Shown here piece by piece: positions 46,208 through 55,103 of a DNA stretch of 64,000 bases. A program made the translations under genes and the position numbers. The stretch covers positions 1 to 64,000 of the forward strand of contig JBBRNJ010000044.1 in the NCBI GenBank assembly GCA_038230375.1. Direction: 5' to 3'. Below the pieces are notes generated by a model, which was not told the origin of the DNA, did no database searches, and worked only from the letters and a program-made list of their open reading frames with translations. Every line of letters starts with the position of its first letter. Position 1 is the stretch's first letter. This DNA is from Polyangiales bacterium. GTDB taxonomy: Bacteria > Myxococcota_A > Polyangia > Polyangiales > Polyangiaceae.

Positions 46208-48013
46208 ATGGCCGAAGAAGAGTCTTTCGCGAAGTCCCTGTTTTTTGGCGTCGTGGCCGAGTCCCTCGCCTTCCCATACCCCTCGCTCGCGCGGGCCGAG
46301 GCGGACATCGTCATGGGCAAGATGGATGAGGTGAAGAAGCTGTTCGATCGCGACAGCTCAGCGCCCCACCTGCCCGAGCACTCGTCCCCGCGCCTGCCCG
46401 ACCCTTCGTCCCCGCGCCTCCCCGACACGTCGGCTCCGGAGGTCGCCGCGAAGGGTTCGCTTCCGGACGACATGCGGCGCGGTCTTCGCGCGGTCGGCGC
46501 CTTCGGGTTTGCGATGCCGAAGGTCTATGGCGGCGCCGAGCTCTCGGTGACCGCGACCACGCGCCTGCTTCAGGAGATCGCCTCCTACCGCACCGCCGCC
46601 GCCGTCTCGCTCAACGTGCACGAGAGCCTCGCTGCGCGGGCCATCCTTGCCTTTGGTTCGGATGAGCAGAAGCAGAGATTCATTCCGGAGATGGCCACCG
46701 GCGAGAACCTTGGCGCGTTCTGCCTTGCCGAGCTCGGGGCCGGCAGCGACGCGGGCGGAATCAAGACGCACGCGAAGAAGGTCGGCGACACGTACCACCT
46801 CACCGGCACCAAGAACTACGTCATCAACGGCCAGGAGGCCGACACGTTCGTCGTCTTCGCACGCACCTCGCTCGCAGAGGACGGCGCGAAGCCGCGGCTC
46901 AGCGCGTTCGTCGTGCCGCGCACCGATCGCACGCGTACCGGCAACCCCATCGCGAAGCACGGCATGCCCGATCTGCATGTGGTGGACATGGTCATGACCG
47001 ACGCGGAGCTCCCGGCAACGAACCTCCTCGGCGAGCCCGGCAAGGGCTTCCGCATCGCCACCGACGTGCTGAACAACGGGCGCCTGGGCCTTGCGGCGTG
47101 CTGCCTTGGCAACATGAAGCGGCTCGTGCGGTCGTGCGCGGACCGCGTGCAGGAGCGGAAGGCGTTCCTTCGTCCCATCTCCGAGTTCGCGCTCATCAAG
47201 GACAAGATCGCGCTCATGGCGTCAGAGGTGTTCGCGCTCGAGAGCACGCTCTATCTGGTCACGGGGCTTGCGGATCGCGGCCGTGTCGAAGGATCGGGAA
47301 GCGTCGACATCTCGGTCGAGTGCGCCATGCTCAAGATCCTGGCGTCCGAGGCCTATTTCAAGATCGCAAACGAGGCGATGCAGATCATGGCGGGCGCCGG
47401 CTACCTCGTGCCGAACTTCGCGGAGAAGCACGCACGCGATGCGCGCTTCTTCCTGGTTTACCAGGGCACGAACGAGACACTGCGCTGCTTCGTCGCGCTG
47501 TCCGGCATGCAGGCGCCCGGCGAGAAGATCACCGAGGTCTCCCGCGCGCTGCGTGAGCCCATCAAGGGCTTCGGCCTGCTGGGTGACTTCGCCATGCGCA
47601 AGGCGAAGAGCGCGTTCGGTCGTGAGCGCCTCTCGCTCGCGCACCCCGCCGTCTCGCGCGAGGCGAACATCGTGGAGGAGTACGCGCAGACGCTGGCGCG
47701 CAACGTCGACAAGGTGCTGCGCCGCCACGAGAAGAACATCGTGGAGATGCAGTTCACGCAACGGCGCATCGCTGACATCGCGATCGATCTCGTCGCGCTC
47801 TCCGCATGCGTGTCGCGCACCACGCGTGCCATCGAGAACCGCGGTGAAGAGGGCTCGCGGCGCGAGATGGATCTCCTGGCCGTCTTCGCGGCCTCCGTGG
47901 AGCGAAGGCTTGGAGCCGCCGTGGCAGCGTTCGACAAGAACGACGACGAGCTCCGCAAGTCCGTCGCGGACCGCGCCTATGCCGATCGCGGCTACCCGCT
48001 CGACGTGATCTGA
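46208..48013 (+). CDS. VLCAD/ACAD9-like acyl-CoA dehydrogenase homologue (catalytic Glu replaced by Gln)
   Basis: FCLAELGAGSD, GTKNYVING, GEPGKGF, RKAF, RDAR...VYQGTNE plus the VLCAD-type C-terminal extension. Confidence 0.85.
   Translation: MAEEESFAKSLFFGVVAESLAFPYPSLARAEADIVMGKMDEVKKLFDRDSSAPHLPEHSSPRLPDPSSPRLPDTSAPEVAAKGSLPDDMRRGLRAVGAFGFAMPKVYGGAELSVTATTRLLQEIASYRTAAAVSLNVHESLAARAILAFGSDEQKQRFIPEMATGENLGAFCLAELGAGSDAGGIKTHAKKVGDTYHLTGTKNYVINGQEADTFVVFARTSLAEDGAKPRLSAFVVPRTDRTRTGNPIAKHGMPDLHVVDMVMTDAELPATNLLGEPGKGFRIATDVLNNGRLGLAACCLGNMKRLVRSCADRVQERKAFLRPISEFALIKDKIALMASEVFALESTLYLVTGLADRGRVEGSGSVDISVECAMLKILASEAYFKIANEAMQIMAGAGYLVPNFAEKHARDARFFLVYQGTNETLRCFVALSGMQAPGEKITEVSRALREPIKGFGLLGDFAMRKAKSAFGRERLSLAHPAVSREANIVEEYAQTLARNVDKVLRRHEKNIVEMQFTQRRIADIAIDLVALSACVSRTTRAIENRGEEGSRREMDLLAVFAASVERRLGAAVAAFDKNDDELRKSVADRAYADRGYPLDVI
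46358..46429 (+). repeat. In-frame 24-nt triple repeat (SAPHLPEH/SSPRLPDP/SSPRLPDT)
   Basis: Read directly. Confidence 0.75.
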
Positions 48014-48023
48014 GAAGCCATAG

Positions 48024-49004
48024 CTAGCTTGCCAGGGCGGCTAGCTCGGAGGGGAGGGGCTCGGTGCCGCTTGGGGTGCGGATTACGAGCTGGCTGCCTT
48101 CCTGCTCTATGAGGTGGGAGTGGGCCATCGGCATGAACACCGAGCCCTGCAGCATGCCCACAGCCACGCGTACGACGACCTCTTCCGGAAGGCCCGACAC
48201 GATGGTCCGCCCTTCGGCGCCGGAGATGCTCACGTCGCGCATGGTGCGGCGCGGACGCAACACGTTCGGCGCGAGCACGACCACCCGCAGCGTGAGATGG
48301 CCGTCGGGCAGCTTCTCCCTGAAATGGGCGAGCGCACGCTCGCGCACGCGCCACCCGACGCGCAGCGCGCCATCCACCGGCAGCGCCACGCAGGCGTCCT
48401 CCGCGTAGCCACGGATGGAGAGCGGGGCTGCCTCTGGTTCCGGAACCGCCGCCCTGGGCGCTGACACGAGCCCGCGTGTCGGCGTGACGGCGTCGTCTTC
48501 GTCTTCGTCTTCGGTCTGCTCGGCCTGGACGTGCTCGTTGTCGGGAGGCAGCGCTGGTGGTGGCGGTGGCGCGTACGCGGTGTCAGTCAGTCGCGCGAGG
48601 AGAATCTGCGCCGCTGCGTGCTCCGGCTCGCGAGCGAGCACGCTGCGCAGCGTCTCCACGGCGCGGGCCGTGTGCCCCTGGGCCGCGTAGATCTCCGCGA
48701 GCGTGACGGTCGGAACAATCTCTCCGGAGGTGCGCGGCCGCGGCGTGGGCACCGAATAGCGCTGCTGAGCGTCGGGTAGATTCAGGCCCTTTTCGACCGC
48801 GCGAAACAGGAGATCGCGCGCCATACCAAAGAACCCGCGCGCCTTCTTCACCGAAGCGCGATCCTCCGTCCGCGCGAGCAGGAGCTCGTCCACGAGCTCG
48901 GGCCGCGTGAGAATACGAGCGCGCTTCACGCCGACGGACTCTGCCTCGGAGATGAGCGTGTCACGATCGAGCGCTTCCAGCTCCTCGCGCGAACGTTTCG
49001 ACAT
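48024..49004 (-). CDS. Rho-N-like HeH + TPR-like + DUF4912-like protein
   Basis: LEALDRDTL...GVKRARILTRPELVDEL; PTVTLAEIYAAQG; C-terminal beta domain. Confidence 0.55.
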   Translation of the reverse strand: MSKRSREELEALDRDTLISEAESVGVKRARILTRPELVDELLLARTEDRASVKKARGFFGMARDLLFRAVEKGLNLPDAQQRYSVPTPRPRTSGEIVPTVTLAEIYAAQGHTARAVETLRSVLAREPEHAAAQILLARLTDTAYAPPPPPALPPDNEHVQAEQTEDEDEDDAVTPTRGLVSAPRAAVPEPEAAPLSIRGYAEDACVALPVDGALRVGWRVRERALAHFREKLPDGHLTLRVVVLAPNVLRPRRTMRDVSISGAEGRTIVSGLPEEVVVRVAVGMLQGSVFMPMAHSHLIEQEGSQLVIRTPSGTEPLPSELAALAS

Positions 49005-49089
49005 GGTCCGGAGGGTCGCCCGAGCTTGTGCGTGCATCAAGCTATTTTCTGGGTTGGGGTGGGGGCACAGCTTGGATTACGATGGGCCC

Positions 49090-49824
49090 GTGGCAGTCCC
49101 GAAACCAGGTCAGTCCCCTTTGCAGAAGGGTGATCCCAAGTTCGCACCTGGCACCACGGCGAAGCTGAGCCCGACACGTGAGCCCGCCGTCCCGCCCCAG
49201 CGCCCGCGTACGCCTTCCAAGACGGACGAGATCGACACGCAGACCGGCGCACCGATCGAGCGAAAGGGCGTCACCCCTCGCGCGCCCTCCGTCGTGTCTC
49301 CGCGCGAAGTGACCATGCCGTCGCTGGACATCCGGGAGATCGTCCTCAACGCGGTGAAGGAGGCCACGGCCCCACTCGAGACGCGCATCAAGCAGCTCGA
49401 ATTGCGTCTCGCCCTCCTGGACGCCGACTTTCGCGAGGCCGTGTCGTCGTCACCAGAGGAGACGCGACCGAACGCCGCGATGCCTGTGCCCCCGGGCCAG
49501 GCCTTCGTCCCGGCCTTCGTACCGGCGCCGCCCCCCATGATCAACGCACCGGCCTTCGCGCCCGCGTCACCGTTCTCCAACCTCCCGGTGTCCGCGTCTG
49601 CATTCGCGCCCGTCCCTGCAGCCGCTCCTGTAGCGCCCATGCGGCCGGCTTTTGCGTCGATGCCGCAGCAACAGATGAACTTCGAAGACGCGCACCTCTC
49701 GCCCGACGAGGTCGCCATGTTCGACGGCAACAAGCGCGGCCGCCGCATGACGATCTATTTCGTCCTCGTGCTGCTCCTGCTCGGAGGCCTATTGGGGCTC
49801 TGGGCCAACATCAGCCGCGGCTAA
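49090..49824 (+). CDS. Hypothetical Pro-rich protein with coiled coil and C-terminal TM anchor
   Basis: GTG 6 nt after TACGAT; LETRIKQLE; terminal hydrophobic helix. Confidence 0.65.
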   Translation: MAVPKPGQSPLQKGDPKFAPGTTAKLSPTREPAVPPQRPRTPSKTDEIDTQTGAPIERKGVTPRAPSVVSPREVTMPSLDIREIVLNAVKEATAPLETRIKQLELRLALLDADFREAVSSSPEETRPNAAMPVPPGQAFVPAFVPAPPPMINAPAFAPASPFSNLPVSASAFAPVPAAAPVAPMRPAFASMPQQQMNFEDAHLSPDEVAMFDGNKRGRRMTIYFVLVLLLLGGLLGLWANISRG

Positions 49825-49853
49825 AACAGCGTCGCCCCATGCGACGCTGTTTT
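49823..49853. terminator. Bidirectional intrinsic terminator
   Basis: Perfect 13-bp inverted repeat AAAACAGCGTCGC-CCCAT-GCGACGCTGTTTT between convergent genes. Confidence 0.8.
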
Positions 49854-49898
49854 CGTGTTGGACGATCTTGGTTCACTCACGGAGTGACTGGGACGCGG

Positions 49899-50828
49899 TC
49901 AGCGCAGGAGAAGAGTCGCGGCTTCGTCTCGATCTTTGGTTATTTGGGCTTTGAGATCATCTAGGCCTGCGAATTTTTTTTCGGGGCGGAGGTGGTGACG
50001 TAGATGAACGCGCAGGGTCTTGCCGTAGAGGTCTGGAGCTCCGGTTAGTAGGTGGACCTCTGGTAGACGCTCGGCTTCGCCTCCGGTTACCGTGGGGCGG
50101 GTGCCTACGTTCATGACTCCTCCGCCCAGGGGCGCGACCACGCGCTCGCCTTCGAGTTCTTCTACTTGGACTGCGTAGACGCCGTTTGCTGGGAGCATTT
50201 CCTCTACCTGGCCCAGGTTTGCGGTGGGGAAGCCGATGGTTCGGCCCAGCGCTCGCCCGTGCTGGACCACGCCGGTCAGCGCGTGGGGCTTCTCGAGCAC
50301 CAGCGTTGCTTCGTTCACGTCGCCGCGCGCGATCGCCTCTCGGGCTCTCGTGCTGGACCAGGGCCCGCTCGCGTCTCCCACGCGCGCGTGCACTGACACG
50401 GAGAAGCCGAGCTGATCGCCCAGCGCGCTCAGCGTGGTGAGGTCGCCCTCACGGCCCTTTCCGAACCGAAAGTTGTATCCTACATATACTTGGGAGGCGC
50501 CCAGACGCGACCTGAGGAGCGACGTGCAGAACGCCTCGGGGCTGAGGCTCGCGAATGCCAGGTCGAACGGCTCCACGTGCACCTTGGCGCCCAGCGCGGT
50601 CAAGAGGGACAGCTTGCGCGCGAGCGGCGTGAGGACCGGCGGATGCGGCCTGCCCAGCACCACTGCAGGATGTGGATGGAACGTGAGGACGACCGCCTCA
50701 CCTCCGTGCGCCGTGGCATCGGCGACCGCGTGGGAGAGCAGATCGCGATGCCCCCGGTGAACGCCGTCGAAGTTGCCGATGACGACGACCTTGTTCCTGC
50801 TGCGCTCCGCGGGCGCGGGGGTCGCCAT
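49899..50828 (-). CDS. ribF: Bifunctional riboflavin kinase/FAD synthetase
   Basis: GNFDGVHRGH, TFHPHP, SSTRAR, GFPTAN, NVGTRPT. Confidence 0.96.
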   Translation of the reverse strand: MATPAPAERSRNKVVVIGNFDGVHRGHRDLLSHAVADATAHGGEAVVLTFHPHPAVVLGRPHPPVLTPLARKLSLLTALGAKVHVEPFDLAFASLSPEAFCTSLLRSRLGASQVYVGYNFRFGKGREGDLTTLSALGDQLGFSVSVHARVGDASGPWSSTRAREAIARGDVNEATLVLEKPHALTGVVQHGRALGRTIGFPTANLGQVEEMLPANGVYAVQVEELEGERVVAPLGGGVMNVGTRPTVTGGEAERLPEVHLLTGAPDLYGKTLRVHLRHHLRPEKKFAGLDDLKAQITKDRDEAATLLLR

Positions 50829-52511
50829 CTACGGGCTCCCCACGCATTCGGGGGGCACCGGGTGATCGGTGCACGTCTTCTCGCCGTCCGGGCTCGTGGG
50901 CGGCACGATCTCCAGCACTGCGCGCGTGCCCTGCGACGGCAACACGGGCCGCGCCTTCTTGTCGCAGCTGCCGGTGGACGTGGTGCTGGTGCCGGGAACG
51001 ATGGATCCCTCGAGCGTGGCGCAGCTCCCCGCCTCGTTCGGCGTGGTCCACGCCTGCCCCGTGGGATACACCGCGTTGATCGCATAGCGACCAAGCGGCA
51101 AGCAACCTTGCTTCACGCTGCGGATGAGCGGGTTCGCCTTCTGCACGGCCATGGCATCGAAGAGCGGCTTGTCCCCGACCTCTGCCGGGTCAGCGCTCTT
51201 CCCGACAAGGTGCGGCGTGACAAGGACACCGCCACCGGCCACGTTGCGCGCGTCGATGCAGAGCACGCTGGGCCGCACGAGCACCGTGATGTGCTCCTTC
51301 GCGGCCATGGCATCCGTCGGTGCCTTCGGAGGCGCGCCCGCGAGCGTGGGCAGGAAGCCGTCATTGTTGAGCGTGATGCCCTGGATGATCACGATGGGCT
51401 GCGTGGCACTGCCCTGCGCACGCAGCGACTGCGGGTCGGACGCGTGCCCGGGATCGTCGGCGAGCTTCGCGAACACCACCAGCGGCCACACGCTCTGGAG
51501 GAGCGGGTTCTCCGGCAACGTCGTTCCCATGCTCCACAGGAGGAGCCCGTTGCCAGGCGGCGCAGGCGTGAGCGGAAGACCGAACGGCCCGGTCTGTGAA
51601 GTCGCATCGGCCACCTCTCCCTTGGGGACACCCCAGTGAAGAATGGTCTGCGTGAACGACGCCTGCAGCGCGATGACTGCGCCAATGTTGGTCGGGTCGG
51701 CCGGCGGCGCGAGCACGGCGCGGTCCTGCGTCATGGTGATCACGGGCGTGAAGGCCGGATCGCCCGTGGGGTTGCCGGGCGTGATGACGCCGGCCTTTCC
51801 CGGAGCATTCGCCCCCTCGGGGTAGAAGTACGGGCGCCCGTATCCCAGTGGCAGTCCGACGGTCACGGGGATGCCGTCAGCAACAAAGCCTTCATCCGGA
51901 ATCACGAGCGCAGTGCCACCGCTGGGCGACTGCGCCGGATAGCCGACGGTGACCGGCAGGTACTTCGGCGAGTAGCTGACGTTCGCCGCGTTCTTCTGCG
52001 CGTCCGTGAGGTCGACGAAGCCGCCGCCCAGATCGCCGCGCTCGGGAAGGTTGCGGAACTTGAACGTGGGCAGGAAGCGACCCACGCGATCGAAGAAGCT
52101 ACCCATGACGTACACGCCCGCGTCCAGCGGCGACACGATGTACGGCGCGGTGACATTGAGCGTGGTTGAGTCGTTCGGGCAGAAGAGGTCCGGCCCGGAG
52201 TTGCGAATCTCGTTCGGGAAGAGCAGGTCGCCCGGCACCACCGTGAAGTTGATGGCGCTGTTCGCCAGACCCTCCGGCGGCGGCGGGTTGTTCGCCGCAA
52301 ACACCAGCACCACGGCACTGCCGACGATGTGCCCGTTCTGCGAGCACGGGCGAGGGCCCGAGTACGTGACAGCGCCGCGAATGACGCCGCGCGGAAGGAA
52401 GAGCCGCTTGTCCAGTCGCTGATCATCGATCGGCACGGGATCGCACCCGCCGAACGCGTTCGGCAGGAGGAGCAACGTGAGAGGGATGAGGAGGTTTCTT
52501 GTGATGCGCAC
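50829..52511 (-). CDS. Hypothetical Pro-rich lipoprotein downstream of the TBDR
   Basis: FGGC lipobox after a hydrophobic stretch; high-GC3 ORF; stop abuts the ribF ATG. Confidence 0.7.
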   Translation of the reverse strand: MRITRNLLIPLTLLLLPNAFGGCDPVPIDDQRLDKRLFLPRGVIRGAVTYSGPRPCSQNGHIVGSAVVLVFAANNPPPPEGLANSAINFTVVPGDLLFPNEIRNSGPDLFCPNDSTTLNVTAPYIVSPLDAGVYVMGSFFDRVGRFLPTFKFRNLPERGDLGGGFVDLTDAQKNAANVSYSPKYLPVTVGYPAQSPSGGTALVIPDEGFVADGIPVTVGLPLGYGRPYFYPEGANAPGKAGVITPGNPTGDPAFTPVITMTQDRAVLAPPADPTNIGAVIALQASFTQTILHWGVPKGEVADATSQTGPFGLPLTPAPPGNGLLLWSMGTTLPENPLLQSVWPLVVFAKLADDPGHASDPQSLRAQGSATQPIVIIQGITLNNDGFLPTLAGAPPKAPTDAMAAKEHITVLVRPSVLCIDARNVAGGGVLVTPHLVGKSADPAEVGDKPLFDAMAVQKANPLIRSVKQGCLPLGRYAINAVYPTGQAWTTPNEAGSCATLEGSIVPGTSTTSTGSCDKKARPVLPSQGTRAVLEIVPPTSPDGEKTCTDHPVPPECVGSP

Positions 52512-52546
52512 GGGCGACTGAATTCCAGGCTGGAATTTGGAGAGAG

Positions 52547-55057
52547 CTAGAATTTGTAAGAGAGGATGCCCATCACGCGGCGCCCCGCGAGCTGGCCGAA
52601 CGGGTGCTCGCGGTGCTGCACGTCCAGGGCGTTCCACACCATGGCGGAGACCTCCGCGCGGTTGCCGTAGAAGCGGTAGCCGGCGCGCGCGTTGAGCAGC
52701 GTGTACGCGGAGAGGATGAACTTCTGGGTCTCGATGCGCTGCGTCTGCACGTTCGTGACTTGCTCCGCCCACGTCTGATCGGAGACGAAATGAAAGTCGA
52801 CCTCGCCGTCGAACCCGGCCTGCGTGCGGAGCTGCACGCCTGCGTTCAGCTTGTGCGCGCTGGTTCGCTGGTCGTCCGTGATCACGGCGAGCCGCTCGGG
52901 CGAGCACTGCGAGTTGTCCTGCTTCGCGAGATTAAGCGTGTAGTTTGCATACACGTCCAGACCTTCCACCGGGTAGGTACGCGCGCCGATCTCTGCGCCG
53001 TACACGTCGAACCGCTGGCACTGGTTCTCGAAGCCGCCGAAGAAGAGCGGGTACAGCCCCGTCTGCGGATCCAGCGCGCCGATGCCGCTCTGCACGTCGG
53101 ACGCGGTGACGGGGCGGATGGCGGCGAGCTGGATAAGGTTGTCGACGCGGTTGTAGTAGAACGCCGTGTCCACCGTGATGACATCGCTGTCCTGCGTGAG
53201 GTAGCCGAGCTCCGCGGAGACAATGCGCTCCGCATGAAGCTTGAACGAGGGGTCGTCGGAGCGGATGCCCTGCGATACGAGCGAGCCGCCGTTCACGGGG
53301 AGCTGGATGGGAAGGTTCAGGTAGGACTCGAGGAACGTGGGCGCTCGAAACGCCGTGCCGAAGCTGCCGCGGATGGTGGAGAGCTTGGTGGGGTGGACCA
53401 GCACGGCGCCGCGCGGTGAGTGCACGAACTCGTCCAGGTAGGGCACGTAGTCGCCGCGGTAGTCGCCGACGATGCCGACGTACTTGCCGATGTGCAGCTC
53501 GTCGTGGACGAACGCGGCGACGTGGTTCTCGATGCGGCGCTGATCGAGGTATGTCCAGCCGACGTTCTTGTAGCGATAGTTCGCGCCGATGCGGATGTCG
53601 TTCTGGACCGTGTCCGTGATCTTGATGCTGTACTTGCCCTGGAGCTCACCATCCAGGACGTTCTCCTCCGCGCGCGACGGCAGCGTGCTCTGCCCCAGCG
53701 TGTTCACGTTGAGGACGTTGTCCGTGCGGAAGCGGTTCCAGAAGACGCGCGCGTCCACGTGCTCCGACTCCAGGCTGGTCGTCACGTCGGTGGAGGCGAT
53801 GTTCGGCAGCACGATGTCGTTGAGCGGGCCGATGCCAAGGACCTCGAGGCTGCCCTGCGTGAGCCCACCGCCGATGTTGAGGTTCACGTCCTTGCCAAGG
53901 CGCTCGCGCGTGCGGAAGTCGAGACGGGTGGTACGTGCAGACTGCACCTGATCCTGCGTGCCGAGCACGATGTCCGAGCGCCCGTTCGGGACCTCGCGCG
54001 ACCAGCGCGGCAGGTAGTCGTAGCCGGCGGCCGCGCGCCACGAGAAGAAGCCCTCGGAGCCGCTCGTGTAGAGGCTGCCGTGCGTCTGCCCCTGCGTGCC
54101 GACGCCGCCAACGGCGCCGTTCTTCCCCTCGCCCGGACGCTTCGTGATGATGTTCACGACGCCGTTGAACGCGTCGGCGCCGTAGAGCGCGGAGCCCGGA
54201 CCGCGGACGACCTCGATGCGCTCGATGTCCTCGACGCCCACCGGCAGCGCCTGCCAGAGCGTGGCGCCCAGGATGTCGATGTACACGCTGCGGCCGTCGA
54301 CGAGGACGAGCGTCTTGTTGGAAAGCCGCTGGTTGAAGCCGCGCGCAGACACCTCGGTCTGACCGCCGGTCACCTCCATGATGTCGATGCCGGCGAGACG
54401 GCGCAAGAGCTCGGGGATCTTGGTGATGCCAGAGAGGCGGATGTCTTGCTCCGTGATGATGCTGAGCGAGTTCGGAGAGTCGAGCGGGCTCGCAGAGCCG
54501 CGCGATGCGGTGACGGCCTTCTCGGCGAAGACGTCCTCGGTGCGTACGTCGTCTTCGGGCTTAGGCGGCGGCGGCGGCTTCGGGGGCTCCGTGCTCGGGG
54601 TTGGAGTCGGGGTCGGAGTTGGAGTCGGAGTCGGGGTCGGGGTCGGGGTCGGGGTTGGGGTTGGGGTCGGGGTCGGGGTCGGGGTCGGGGGTGCGGCAGA
54701 GGCTCGGAGGCGTGCTTCCAGGTTCGCGATCGTGAGACCGACCTCCGCCTTGTCGGGCGGGTTCGTGTCTGCGTACTTCTTGAAGACCTCGATCGCTCGC
54801 TCGAGATTTCCGGCCTCCTCGTGCGCCTTCCCGATGTTGAAGAGCACGTTCGGGTGAGGGAGGATGTCGTAGGCGCGCTGGAGCTCCGCAGCGCCCTCTT
54901 CGAACTTCTTCTCGGAGACGAGCTCCATGCCCTTCTTGAAGTGCGTGCGCGCCTCCGTTCGGGCGTCGGCGTGGGCGGTGCGCGCGATGAAGAGACCGAG
55001 CGCCAGCACGGCGAGCCCGCTGGCGAGCCGGGGCCAGATCGATCGCGCGCGCTCCAT
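52547..55057 (-). CDS. TonB-dependent receptor with N-terminal TPR domain and (PT)n linker
   Basis: Signal AHA; TPR (ARTHFKKG...PHPNVLFNIG); PT repeat; plug LVLVDGRSVY, IEVVRGPGSALYG; C-terminal YKF. Confidence 0.92.
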   Translation of the reverse strand: MERARSIWPRLASGLAVLALGLFIARTAHADARTEARTHFKKGMELVSEKKFEEGAAELQRAYDILPHPNVLFNIGKAHEEAGNLERAIEVFKKYADTNPPDKAEVGLTIANLEARLRASAAPPTPTPTPTPTPTPTPTPTPTPTPTPTPTPTPSTEPPKPPPPPKPEDDVRTEDVFAEKAVTASRGSASPLDSPNSLSIITEQDIRLSGITKIPELLRRLAGIDIMEVTGGQTEVSARGFNQRLSNKTLVLVDGRSVYIDILGATLWQALPVGVEDIERIEVVRGPGSALYGADAFNGVVNIITKRPGEGKNGAVGGVGTQGQTHGSLYTSGSEGFFSWRAAAGYDYLPRWSREVPNGRSDIVLGTQDQVQSARTTRLDFRTRERLGKDVNLNIGGGLTQGSLEVLGIGPLNDIVLPNIASTDVTTSLESEHVDARVFWNRFRTDNVLNVNTLGQSTLPSRAEENVLDGELQGKYSIKITDTVQNDIRIGANYRYKNVGWTYLDQRRIENHVAAFVHDELHIGKYVGIVGDYRGDYVPYLDEFVHSPRGAVLVHPTKLSTIRGSFGTAFRAPTFLESYLNLPIQLPVNGGSLVSQGIRSDDPSFKLHAERIVSAELGYLTQDSDVITVDTAFYYNRVDNLIQLAAIRPVTASDVQSGIGALDPQTGLYPLFFGGFENQCQRFDVYGAEIGARTYPVEGLDVYANYTLNLAKQDNSQCSPERLAVITDDQRTSAHKLNAGVQLRTQAGFDGEVDFHFVSDQTWAEQVTNVQTQRIETQKFILSAYTLLNARAGYRFYGNRAEVSAMVWNALDVQHREHPFGQLAGRRVMGILSYKF

Positions 55058-55103
55058 CGGTCGCACTATACCCCCAGAAGACCGGCGTGAAACACCGCTC
55101 TTC

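Noticed and set aside
54595..54691. Telomere-like/G-quadruplex (GGGGTY)n tract
   Set aside because: Fully explained as the (Pro-Thr)n linker codons of the TBDR; G4 potential is incidental
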